Below the pieces are notes generated by a model. That model had not been told where the DNA came from, did no database searches, and saw only the letters and a list, made by a program, of their open reading frames with translations. A DNA stretch of 64,000 nucleotides, from contig NW_024704742.1 in the NCBI RefSeq assembly GCF_018977255.1, positions 84,198,001 through 84,262,000 on the forward strand, written 5' to 3'. The translations under genes were made by a program, and so were the position numbers. Below, one piece after another: positions 38,368 to 49,930 of this stretch (position 1 is the first letter of the stretch; each line of letters begins with the position of its first letter). The stretch comes from Callorhinchus milii (lineage: Eukaryota).

Positions 38368-40410
38368 CTCAGCTGCCTCTGCCCTTCCAACCACTAGCCC
38401 CTCCCCATCTCCCCTTCACACCCCCGTCCCCATCCATCCCTCCCTCCACACCTTCGAACTTGTCCCCATCTCCTCTCTGATCACCACCATAACCTACGTG
38501 AAACCGACCACCTGATCCCTCAACCCCATCCCTACTCCACTCCTTACCTCCCAGCTCCACCTCATTGCCCCTCTACTCACATACGTCCTAAACCTCTCCC
38601 AGTCCACTGGCACCATTCCCAACCCTTTAAAAATGTCCGTCATCACTTCTATCCTTAAAAAACCCTCCCTGGACCCATCCCTGCCTTCAAATTACCACCC
38701 ATTTCCAATCTCCCTTTGCCTTCCAAGGTCCTGGAAAGAGTTGCTGCTTCCCAGCTTCACACCTTCTCTCTTGCCACTCCCTTCACAAACTCCTCCAATT
38801 GGGTTTCCGTGCCGCCCGCAGAACAGAAACAGCTTTGGTCAAAGTGACAAATTACATTCTGTCCATCTGTGACCAGGGCTTCCTCTGCCTCCTCGTCCTC
38901 CTTGACCTCTCTGTTGCCTTCGATACTGTTGACCACTCCACCCTCCTCCAACACCCCTCCTCTCAACTCAACAAATATTCTGTCAGAACAGCAGTGATTT
39001 GAGGGTGGAGGCAGAGAGATAGAGTTGGGTGCCATGTGGAGTCCTGTAGCTCAGTGGTTAGAGCACTTGCTTTGCAAGTGAGAGACCTGAGTTCAATTCC
39101 AGGCAGGGCGAAACCTTGGGCAAGTTTCCTTACTCCAAACACCTAATAATAATCCCTCCAAAAACAATAATAAATTGATCATTTTCAATCTACGACTGTT
39201 TGTGGAACATTGCTGTGAGCAATTGGCTGCCGCGTTCGCCCACAAATATACAGTCAATTCACTTTACAGTGTGTTCTGCCCTTCAATGGTTCAGATCGTA
39301 CTTCTCAGACCACCTGCATTTCATCTCCACAAACGGCTTCTTCTCTAGCCCCTGAACCGTTTTGTGCGGAGTTCCTCAGGGCTCTGTCCTTGGTCCCATC
39401 CCTTTCAGTATCTATATACTCCCTCTTGGTGACATCATCCGCAGACATGGGGTCAACTTCCACATGTACGCAGATGACACCCAACTCTATCTCTCTGCCA
39501 CCACCCTCAAATCACTGCTGTTCTGACAGAATATTTGTTAGACATCAAGTCCTGGACGAGAGCTAACTTTCTCCTGTTGAACATCAACAAGACCGAGGCT
39601 CTCCTGATTGGCTCCCATCAGCGCCTCCTCACCTCAGGCACTGACAGCATCACTATCCATGGTTGCACACTCCACCTTACTCAGCCAGTCCGCAACCTTG
39701 GCATCCTGTTTGACCCTCAACTATCCTTTCTACCCCACATCCATGCCATGACCTGCTCCGCCTTCCCCCTCCTCCGCAACATTGCCTTGCTCCACCACTG
39801 TCTCACATCGCAGGCCACTGAGACCCTCATACGCATTCATAACACCCAGGCTCAGCTATGCAAACTCCCTGATTGATGGTCTCCCCAACTTCTCCCTCCA
39901 TAGGTTGCAGATCATTCAAACCTCTGCAGCCCATGTCCTCTCCCACATCAGGCTCCACGACCCAATCATCCCCTTCCTCGCCCGACTCCACTGGCTTCCC
40001 ATTATACAGAGAATACAGTTCAAGATCCTGGTCTTCACCTTCAAAGTCCTCCATGAGCTTGCTCCCCATACCAACGTACCCGCTCTCTCCGCTCAGCGGG
40101 CTCCAGCCTGCTTCATGTCCAACGCCTCGACCACCCCACCATTGTTGGGCAGGCCTTCTGCCACTCTGCTCCTACCCTCTGGAACTCCACCCTGCAGTCC
40201 CTCTGCCTCATTCCCTCCCTTGTCGCCTTCAAGACCTGTCTCAAGACCCTCCTCTTCGACCATGCCTTCGGTCACCCTCCTTCTCCCCCTGCTCTCCACC
40301 CTCCCTGATCCCGACCCCCAGCTCGGGTCCGAAACACTTATTGTCCAGTGCCTTGGGATGTCCTCCCGATGTGAAAGGCGCCATACAAATGTAATGTTGT
40401 TGTTGTTGCA
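38368..40410 (+). mobile_element. L2-clade LINE, 5'-truncated, decayed reverse transcriptase plus 3' end; interrupted at about 38970-39278
   Basis: Frameshifted RT motifs [36 protein letters not shown] and [11 protein letters not shown]. Ends in aaggcgccatacaaatgtaat(gtt)n. Confidence 0.92.
39038..39278 (+). mobile_element. tRNA-derived Deu-type SINE family A, tail-less, nested in L2
   Basis: A box tagctcagtgg, B box agttcaattcc, Deu-like core. Stops abruptly at gtgttctg. Confidence 0.9.
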
Positions 40411-40715
40411 ATTTTCTATTGGCCCAATCAATGACTAACTCTACTTCGCATGATGCTTAAAACACCTCAGCACTGCTGGTGAAATAAACAAGTGCTGCAG
40501 ACCGTAAATATTATATTTAGATTTAGAAACAGCCTGGGAGGAAAGTGGAAGGAAAATGTGTTTATGTAGAGGAGTATTATTGAACATCGTGCATTGATTA
40601 TTCAGTGCCATGTGATCTTATGCACACATTTTCAACAAACGCAATGTCTGTAATTATATCTGATTTACTGTTCCCAGCATGGCAGTGAAGAGCAGCAGGG
40701 GGCATATTTACTCAC

Positions 40716-40739
40716 TGGTAATGAGATCTTTTTTCATGT
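40716..40739 (-). CDS. MUSK: MuSK 24-nt microexon (phase 1-1), (D)MKKDLIT(K)
   Basis: Minus strand reads ttttatcttgcag|ACATGAAAAAAGATCTCATTACCA|gtgagt. In frame, 170 nt downstream of CRD part 2, at the position of the known 8-aa MuSK cassette. Confidence 0.85.
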
Positions 40740-40909
40740 CTGCAAGATAAAAGGGCAGAAAAGGAACTAATTGAGTACAGAAAATTGCCAGTATGCTCAT
40801 TGAAGTCATTCATTAAACTGGGCATTGCAGTTAGTCACTGAGATTAGCTCTGCAGAATTACTATGTTGGTACCTGAAACCCATTAACATTTCAACAAGGG
40901 AGTAATTAC

Positions 40910-41082
40910 CAAGAAAGGAAATTTTTGTGCACGTGTCTGGGTTCTGGTACATGCTGGGAAGGCGATTGCAGTCCGGCAAGGTCAGGATCAGACTTGCAGT
41001 GTAAAGTCCATTGCGTAAGTTGTCCTCCATGGACATCCATTCTCTGTAACAATAGAGTTCTTTCACCGCCAGACAGTGCTCT
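40910..41082 (-). CDS. MUSK: MuSK exon, Frizzled-like CRD part 2 (173 nt, phase 2-1)
   Basis: tctttcttccag acceptor and CTTG|gtaatt donor. Encodes EHCLAVKELYCYREW...LPDCNRLPSMYQNPDTCTKISFL(D), the remaining 4 cysteines. Confidence 0.95.
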
Positions 41083-41280
41083 CTGGAAGAAAGAATGAAC
41101 TGATCCAGGACTTAATGCAAAACAACAACAACAAGATTACATTTGTATAGCCTTTCACGTCGGGAGGGCGTCCCAAGGCGCTGTAAATCCGCCCAACACA
41201 TTTTTACATATTAAAAAAAAGTAACTTAGTGTTTTCCTGAACAATCCAGCCCCTAAATAATGCAACAAGCAATGCAAATA

Positions 41281-41540
41281 TGAGAGGTCCTGGGTTCGAG
41301 TACCGGCAGGGCAAAACGTTAGGCAAGTTTCCTTACTCCACACACCTCTGTTTACCTTGCAGTAAGTAGGAACTCGGTTGTTAGCTGATTGGTGAATCAC
41401 TTTTCCAGGGGTAATAATCCCTTCAAATTATTTTTAAATAATCATTTGGCCACTCAATCCACAGCTGTTTATGGGACACTTCTGTGCACAATTAGCTGCG
41501 GCACAAAACACAGTCACTCCACTTTACAGTGCATTCTGTA
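41281..41540 (+). mobile_element. tRNA-derived SINE family A fragment (long form)
   Basis: gggttcgagtacc B box, shared body and core. Confidence 0.8.
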
Positions 41541-41769
41541 TTCTGGTCACCTCCCTCCTACCCAACGATCTCTCACCCTGTCTCTGTGAAGAGCTTTGCG
41601 ATGTTTTCCTCTGTGATAGGTGCATTTTGCTACCCAGCGTGAAAGCACTCAGGACACTACCCTGCATGAAGGGCGCTAGACAAATGCATGTTGTTCTTGT
41701 TTTTAATTATAAATTGTTGGTGTTTAATTATCCACTGCCCACTTTGACTGCATGTTTCAATATTATGTT

Positions 41770-42480
41770 TCAAATTTACATTTATATAGCACCTTACATG
41801 TTGTGAAGAGAAAGGTCTTAAAGGATGAGAGGGAAGGGGTGCGGTAAAGACACTCCAGGATAGAGTTCCAGAGGGTGGTGGCAGATACGCTGGTGGAGTG
41901 TTGGGGATAGTGTCAATGGAGCCGAGCTAGGATGCGGGTAATAGGCTTGCGGAGCATGGTGCGGGAAAGGATACGCACTGCGGACTTCTGGATCATTCCT
42001 GGCTGTCCAAGGGGAGATGGTGGTGGAGGTGAAAAATGTTACAGAAGTGCAGGAAAGCTGAACAGATCAAAACAACAAAAAACAACTTGCATTTATATAG
42101 CAGCCTTCATGCGGGCAGGATCTCAGAGTGCTTAACAGTGACAGAGCTTGATGTCGAGCCAGGGAAAGGTGGGAGTTGACTGTAGGCAAGGTGAAGAGGA
42201 AGAGCTTCAGGTGTGATCTGAAGACAGGCGAGGAGGGGGCAAGGTGGGGGGATTGAGGCAGAGTTCCATAGTTTCGGGTCAAATTATAAATTATATATTT
42301 AAGGGGCAGTTGAGGGTTAAATGAGACACCAATGTTCCACACAGGCTTCATTAGGTAGAGTGTGCATCTAAGGAGTTTGATGCTGTCAGTGCCTGAGGAG
42401 AGAAATGCTGACGGGAGCCAAGCAGGAGAATCTCCATCTTGTTGCCATTCAACTGGAGAAAGTTAAGCTTATCTAGGATT
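41770..42480 (-). mobile_element. Cluster of decayed L2 fragments
   Basis: Two L2 tails (about 41775 and 42070) and NFLQLNGNKME-like remnants. Confidence 0.65.
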
Positions 42481-42697
42481 TGATAATAATAATAATCCTT
42501 GCATTTGATAAAGTGCCTTGTCACGTCTTTGAGACATCTCGAAGCGCTTCACCTGTCTGACAGCCATCGGTCAGTTAATACATCACATGATGCAATTTTG
42601 TGATTGTTTAAGCTATAAATGCATGTTGTTGTTGTTAGCCTTGTTAATGAACTGTAGACTTGTCAAATTACAGCCAGAGTCTCTGCCACAGTCCTAC

Positions 42698-42961
42698 CTG
42701 CACACAGGCTTAGGAGCAGGCCCTGATCCAGAGGGATCGCATTTCTGGTACAGAAAGCGGCAGAGTAATGATTCCGCAGCTGGCCTGCACAGCGAGTTCA
42801 CTCGATCCAGCTCTGCCCAGGCTCCGCGAGCCAGCATCTCCTGCATCTCCTCCGGGTCAGCATAAGAAGAGTTGAAGAAAACAAGTGAGCCTTCTTCCAG
42901 AAGCCCTTTGCACACTTCACCTCGATATGTGCTACAATAGCCAGAGTCACCTTTGTACAAC
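42698..42961 (-). CDS. MUSK: MuSK exon, Frizzled-like cysteine-rich domain part 1 (264 nt, phase 2-2)
   Basis: attttcag acceptor and GCAG|gtagga donor. Encodes [17 protein letters not shown]...[10 protein letters not shown]...KCDP...KPVC(R), 6 of the 10 CRD cysteines. Confidence 0.95.
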
Positions 42962-43041
42962 CTGAAAATGGAGATGGACATGCATTGATATCAAAAAGAC
43001 ACCGGTGTTTTAGATCTTAGCTTGCCAGGCAGCGATATCAA

Positions 43042-43309
43042 TGGTTGGTTAGACTTCAGCAGTATTGCAACGCACACTCTGGGGTCCCCAAGCCTTGGCT
43101 CTTGCCAACTTGCATTTAATACTTTCCGGAATTAGGTAAGCAGGATTCGTCTTTCCAGAGAATGAGTGTACATTTCATTCCAACAATCTATCTCTGGGAT
43201 TTACATGTGTAGGTGGGATGCATGGAATTCTCATCTTGGCTTGGATATTCTTAAGCATGGTGACGGGTTTCCGCATATGTCAGACAATCAGCTGATTCCA
43301 AAAAAAAAT
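43042..43309 (+). repeat. Unclassified ~270-bp interspersed repeat (longest uninterrupted of 7 copies)
   Basis: ctggggtccccaagccttggctcttgccaa...ggtaagcagga...ttggata(c/t)tcttaagcatggtg...tgtcagaca recurs at 9-850 (split), 10232-10462, 11820-11900, 13436-13890 (split), 22875-23065 and 57625-57803. Confidence 0.85.
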
Positions 43310-44645
43310 CTTAGCTTTGTTCCTTCCATCATCCCTTTCTCATGTAAGCCCCCTGTAATCATTCTAACATCCTGAACCTCAAGGTGAAATGATCCCTGCA
43401 CAATGTCAGTATGCTATGAGGAATCCTTTAACCCAAGCAGATTATCCTCCCCAGCCACTAACACTGATAATCACGCTCAGTGCAAATATAGAACCAACAC
43501 CAGTATTAAACCTCTCTGCTACAACTTGAATCACATGCTGTGACTGTGTAAAAAACAATTGGCAGCACATAGTTGTGGGCGAACTTCATTCCCTCTTTGC
43601 TGACGGCTTTCGGACTATTGAAAGGGATTTTAACTTGTTGATGTTTCCAGGTGATAATATTTCGCCACATCATTGTGAAAGGCCTTACTGTAGAAAAACA
43701 TTGTTATTTTGGGCCAGCTGAAAGCCCGGCAACCGACCACCCACGGCTCCATTCAGCAAGGTTAGCCAGGTTTCCATTGCTGCAGCTGCTTCTTCCATAG
43801 GTTTGATCCAAAGCCCAGAATCGCTGCAGTCACAAGTGTAGGTTTTATCTGAGTTTCTGGGTTGGATTTGGGATAGGAGTTACTCTTTAACTCTTTAGCT
43901 ACAAGCCTGGAAAGCAGCAGGAAGTTGTGAACTTACAACGACTTGCACTTGTATAACAAAGTTCACTTGGAAAAGTTGTCTCAGAGCACTTTACAGAGAC
44001 AGGATGGAAAACTGTAGATTGGGAGATGGCAGGGGTTGGAGGGAGGTTGCTGAAAGTGCAGTCAAAGAGAAAGGTTTTTAATAAAAATATAATATAGATT
44101 TTTTTAGACGGGATTTGAAAGCTAAAGGGAAGGATTTAAGGAGAGAGTTCCAGAAAGTGGGGACAAAGTAGGGATACGGGACTGAAGCTCAAGTTACCAA
44201 ATAATAATAATTGATATAGTGCCTGTCACATCGGAGAACATCTCAAAGCAAGTCCCAGGATTCACTGTGCAAAGTAGTGACTGTATACTTTGCAGGCAAA
44301 CACAGCAACCAGTTTAAAGTCTAATGGTTTAATCTCCAACAATACAGCACTGCATTGGAATATCAGCCACATGAGTTCAAAATCCCAACATGGGCTTGAA
44401 CCCTAAAATTTCTGACTCAGAGGCCACAACCTTAACTCACAAGTAAAATAACCCTGTCACACTAGGACCCACACAGGTCTCCATCATTTCTAATAGCTCG
44501 AATAGCAATGGGAGTCTTTTTTACACAAATCACTAAATCACAAATCAGTAAAAATGGCAATTGTTTTGGTAGATCTTTACCATGGGTTATGCTATCAATA
44601 TAGGGCAGAACCCATTATTGACGATAAAGTGCCAGGCACGGAATT

Positions 44646-44957
44646 AATAATAATAATAATCATAATCCTTGCATTTGATATAGCGCTTTTCACGTCGGGA
44701 GGATGTCCCAAAGCACTTCACAGCACACACTGTAAAGTGAATTGACTGTATATTTGTGGGCGAACGCAGCAGCCAATTGCGCACAGCAATGTCCCACAAA
44801 CAGTCGTAGATTGAAAATGACCAATTTAATTATTGTTTTTTGTTTTATTGGAGGGGCTTATTATTAGGCGTGTGGAGTAAGAAAACTTGCCCAAGGTTTC
44901 GCCCTGTCTGGAATTGAACTCAGGTCTCTCACTTGCAAAGCGAGTGCTCTACAGGAC
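44646..44957 (-). mobile_element. tRNA-derived Deu-type SINE family A (short form)
   Basis: Head with a small deletion, core and (ATT)n tail. Confidence 0.88.
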
Positions 44958-45059
44958 ACTTGCTGTGTTCACCGTATTCTGTAAACATTTGTGCAAGTGG
45001 GGTTAGTTCTACTTTGGGTTTTATGAAAGAATTAAAATTTAAAGATATAGCAGTGGATG

Positions 45060-45300
45060 CACCAGGATAGTAGATAGTAGAGAACACAGGCTTAGAGTTG
45101 CAAAAGGCAATTTCAGGACAGATATCAAGAAGTATTTCATTACCCAGAGGGTAAAGGTTATAACTGTTTTGATTGGAACAAATTGAGTGGTTGAGGCCAG
45201 GTCACTTCACTCATTTAAAAGACAGTGGCAGGAAGAAGGTGTTCTGGAAGTGTGAGATGGATGGACTGAAGGACCTTCTTCATTTGAAACAATCATATGA
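45060..45300 (+). mobile_element. Decayed CR1-type LINE 3' end
   Basis: Translates as H.LRVAK..FRTDIKKYFITQRV; gatggactgaaggacctt terminus. Confidence 0.55.
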
Positions 45301-46119
45301 CCTTGTGTGTTGTTTACACTAGGTCTATGACCACTTACCCCAGAATTCAAAATGATTGATGTCCTCAAAGAAATGGCTGCTGCAACATTTAAAAATAAAA
45401 ACAGACCACAGTGTTTAGCGGTGTGCCAGTCACTAATACTAGGGATCTTTTTGCTGGAGTTTATAATGGGAAATCGTTGATAAACTCCCAATATAGGTAG
45501 GAAACCATGACTGATCCCAGACATACCATCCCTCCTGTTATTAAGCTGTGACTTACCAAAGGGTTTGACGTATCAAGAGAATAAATTTGACTCTTTCTAC
45601 ATTTTTGCTGATTGTGATAAAAGCTTCAGTTACCTCATTCTCTCCCCTGTTTAAATTGTAACTCATTCATTTCCTGCATGGTTTAAATTGCATTGCCGGC
45701 CATCAATAATTAAACCTGTGGAAAATGTGACTTGTTTTACAGTAATTCCAACCTCGTCACCATATGCGACAGGGAGCCATGTGAGACTGCAGTTTAGTTA
45801 CTGTAATGCTATCAGAGGCTTCCTGAGCTGGTTAATGAGCTGAGCAGAGAAGCCTTGATACAAAAGCATCTGCCAGCTCATTCACTCACTCAGTATGTAT
45901 GTGAACAATGGCATTAGGCTAAAGAGTTTTACATGCTGGAGTTAATTATTGCTGACACCAACCCATACATAACTGAATGTTTGGGACAGGACCCAACGCC
46001 AAGGCTAAGTGATCTATGGAACAAGAAGTTATTGAGGAGTCTGCAGCACACTGCCTGTCTACCCTCTAATTGGGACCAACCGGCCAGACATACAATAAAA
46101 TGAGAGAGTTATTTATATA

Positions 46120-46682
46120 AGAACAACAAAATTAAATTTGTGTAGCGCCTTCGGGAGGACATTCCAAGGCGCCGGACAGTTTCAGACCCGAGCTGGAGGT
46201 CCGGATTGGGAGGGTGAATGGCGGGGGGGAAGCAGGGTGATCGAAGGCGCAGTTGAAGAGGAAGGTCTTGAGATGGGACTTGATGGAGGCAAGGGAGGGG
46301 GCGAGACAGAGGGACTAATGGAGTTCTAGAGGGTGGGGACAGAGTGGCAGAAGGCCCACCTGCCAATGATGGGGCAGGGGGACATGAAGCTGAATGGACG
46401 GAGTGGGCAGGTTGGTAGGGAGTTAGGAGGTCACAGAGATAGGGGGAAGCAAGGCCATGGAGAGCTTTGAAGGTGAGGTCCAGGATCTTGAACTGTATCC
46501 TCTGTGTGATGGGAAGCGACTGGAGTTGGGCGAGGATGTGGGTGATAGGATCGGAAAGCCTGATGCAGGAGAGAACACGGGCTGCAGAGTTCTGGATGAT
46601 CTGCAACTTATGGAGGGAGGAGAGGGGAGGCTGTCAAGCAGGGAGTTTGCGTAGTCGAACCTCGATGTAATGAAAGCATGTA
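46120..46682 (-). mobile_element. L2 LINE 3' fragment
   Basis: ORF 46109-46606 QIIQNSAARVL...RIQFKIL.LTFKALHGLA.PYL, plus the tail. Confidence 0.9.
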
Positions 46683-47079
46683 TAGAAAAAAGCCCTCAAT
46701 AGCTTCTGCAAAGCCTTCCTAGGATTCTTGTATTGCATTTCAGATGCTAATTGTCAGGACATTCCTGTAATCACAGTTTGGGTAAGTTGCACATTGTTCC
46801 TCTATTAATTTTTAATACTATGGATTTACCGGTTTAATTCCCTGACCTAACTAGAACCAGATCCTTACATTGATGAAATTCATAATATGGCTCAGAGGTA
46901 ATTGTAGCCACTTTCCCTTCAACCATGGCCCCTTTCCCTTTTCAGCTGTGGCTCATCTCCCTTTTATCCTTGGAGTCCTGTTATAACAGGATGATTGGGA
47001 TTCATTCTATAAATTGTTGCAATAGCCAGTTTCACTGCACTTGTAGACAGCAGCCAACACTGCTCACCAGCAGTTCCTA

Positions 47080-47560
47080 CAGGGTGTTCACAAAGTCGTG
47101 TTACCTCCCCACCACCCCTACCTTGTTTTTTTCTGCAATGATTTTTATTTTTTGTTGCAGATGAGTCAAATGTAACAATGTTTGATACCATTAACTTTCT
47201 CGTCACTCCATCCATGTTACTGAAGATAATAATAATAATCCTTGCATTTGATATAGTGCCTCATCACGTCTTTGAGATGTCTCATAGCGCTTCACATTAT
47301 ACACTGTAAAGTGAATTGACTGTATACTTTGTTGGTGAAAAAGATGTCACACCAAACATGGCAACGGATCATTATCTGTCATGAAAATGATGGAGCTCAC
47401 ACACACTGATCCTCTGAACGGCTAAATACAGTTAAATACTTGTACTGAATACAATTAAGTATTTCTAAATACAATTATCAATATTCTTCCACATGTTTCA
47501 GCTGTTGGTCAGTGCACTGTAGGAAATACATGGGGGTATCAGGACTTTGTGAACACCCCG
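47080..47560. mobile_element. Non-autonomous Tc1/mariner-type element (MITE) with a SINE tail inserted at about 47225-47340
   Basis: 29-bp TIRs CAGGGTGTTCACAAAGTCGTGTTACCTCC and, reverse-complemented, CGGGGTGTTCACAAAGTCCTGATACCCCC (4 mismatches). TA on both sides at 47078-79 and 47561-62. Confidence 0.8.
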
Positions 47561-49594
47561 TACATTTTTTGAAAAAAGGCACACTTGTAAAGCAGGAAAT
47601 GACATTGGAAATTACCTGATTGCTTTGGCCATTTCTTTAATTCTAGAAGCCAATGCGGCCAACTTCTGGGTCAGCAGATCTCCACTGACACGTTTTCCTG
47701 ACCTCTGCATATGCTCAATGGGTAGGAAGTGATGTCAGGTGAGACCTGATGACCTGAAAGTCAGTCATTTGAATACAAGTGTTGGCTGGCATATGAGAAG
47801 TAAATGGGCCATCTGAATGGGGTCCACACTGCAATTGCATTAGAATCAAATCATACCACAACAGGTCTGCAATATATTTATGATTTTCATAGACAATAAT
47901 CATCCTTGTATTTAATACAATGCCTATAACATCCCAGAATGTCTCAAATTGCTCCACAAAGAGTTTGTAAAGTCTAGTGAATGTGTATTTGTAGTAACCA
48001 ATTTGTGCAACAGCCATGAAGTGGATGATTAATTTTATCTAGAGGATTGTTTGCCAGGACACTTTCAAATATTGCCGTGGGACCTTTAACATCCATCTGA
48101 AAGGCAGGCGGGATCTCAGTTTAATGTCTTATCCAAAAGTTGACACCTCCAACAACGCAATACACCCCCAAGAATGGAGTGTTAGTCAAGACTGTGAACT
48201 CAAAGTCCTGATATGGAGCTAGAACCCAAAGACACACAACATGAAAAGCACAAATCTTATCCAAAAGGACATATGATATAAAACATTTAGGAATGAAAAG
48301 TGTGATACTAATTACACTAAATATATGAATAAACATTAGAATATTAGTCAATAATTACTGATTGGTTCTGTTAAACTGGCTCTATGGTAGCACTCTCACT
48401 TCCGAATCAGAAGGCTGTGGGTTTTAGCCCCACATTAGGACTTTAAACTTATAGTCTAGGCTGTCTCCACACAGTATTTCCTGTGAAGCACTTTGTCTTT
48501 AGTCACCACACAGTATATCCTGGGAAGCACTTTGAGAAATGTCAATGAAATGTGTTATATCAAATGTAAGGATCATTATTATATTCTGTACAATGGGTGG
48601 GCATTAAGGTTCATAAGAGACAGGCTCCGCTAATGTAGTCTAAGAAAAGTTTTTGAAAATCTTTTGAATTGTGACAATATTCACCAGATGTTATTGATTT
48701 ACCACTGCTCTTGCAGACGGTAAATCCACTGCAATTCAAACCTGGGTCTTTCTCCTGCTATAGCTTGTGGCACTGAACGGACTTTCCATTCCCTGGCAAC
48801 TAATTTATTTGGCTACCACCAGGGAAACACTGGAGAGAACTAGACTATAATTCTGCCAGTGTAATAATAAGTTTCTGAAAAAACAATCTACAAATAAATC
48901 AATTTTATGCTTTGCACAGCAGAACACTCCAGGCAATAATAAAACAAGGGCTGCAGAGAGTCAAGCAATGGAGTTTGTTGGTTTTGCCTGAAATGAAAGC
49001 AGCTTCTCTCTGGTCTTTTCTTTCCCAGTGGTATAAGTGGATGAAATTCAGGACAAACAGTAGATGGGGTGACAAATGTCACATTTCCCAATTGTTATAA
49101 TGGATACAACAGAATTTCTATCAAGTGGATTTTACTGTGATAAACAAAGTATTTAGATTTAAAATATCAAGGGATGAAACGTGCGATATTTATCACATCA
49201 AATGTTAAGAAACATCAGATTATTAGTCTTTGATTTTGCATGTGAATACCTCCCCCGAATTGCAGCACAGATGTTGGGCGAGCAGAAATCACCACCACCA
49301 TTTATATTCCCATCTGCAGAAAACTGATCCCAGCAATGCCTTCAAAAAACCAGCCAAGCTCACATTGAGTGAGGTGGCATTGAAACATTGTTCTTCACAT
49401 GATCAGAAACAATAGTACTGGAACTGATGTGTGACAAAATACTTCCAGTTAGTTGTCAACTTCAACCTTTCAACCTCCACCAGTGTGCTGATGTTGGGTG
49501 GATGGGGAGGTGGGGGTGGTAAAGCACTTTGAAACGTCCTCCCAACATGAAACGCGCTTTATATCAATGTAAATCATAATATACTATGACATCT

Positions 49595-49930
49595 GGTGTA
49601 ACACACTCTCAATATAACACAGATGTATAATGACAACTCGTATAACACATTCTTGACACACTCAATATAACACAAATACTCTGGAATAACACTCTGAATA
49701 ATAACATGACCATCATTCTTACACTAATACACAATGAGCTCCAGTGTAACACTCTCTGTAACCCAGTCCATCATTATAACAGTGATACACAATAACCTCT
49801 GGTGTATTACTCTCTGTAACACCAGCCCTCATTATAACACTGATACACAACAAGCTCAGGTAAAACACTCTCAATCTTCACCATAATATTGATATAGAGT
49901 AGCCTCTAAAACATTCTGCCTGTAACAAGC
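49595..49930. repeat. Cryptic tandem repeat of taacac/ataacactg-type units
   Basis: Recurrent gtaacactctc..., attataacactgatacacaa blocks; 49740-49800 resembles 49800-49860. Confidence 0.6.

Noticed and set aside
39535..40438. Long Pro/Ser-rich ORFs (also 9437-9876, 20153-20632, 27129-27563)
   Set aside because: Alternative frames of C-rich decayed L2 3' regions.
45207..45524. ORF with a strong GGG|gtaagt donor at 45338
   Set aside because: The donor is phase 0 in the open frame, incompatible with the phase-2 CRD acceptor.
49595..49930. Repeat-spacer-like periodicity considered as a CRISPR-like array
   Set aside because: Eukaryotic intron with degenerate units and no unique fixed-length spacers; an ordinary decayed minisatellite.
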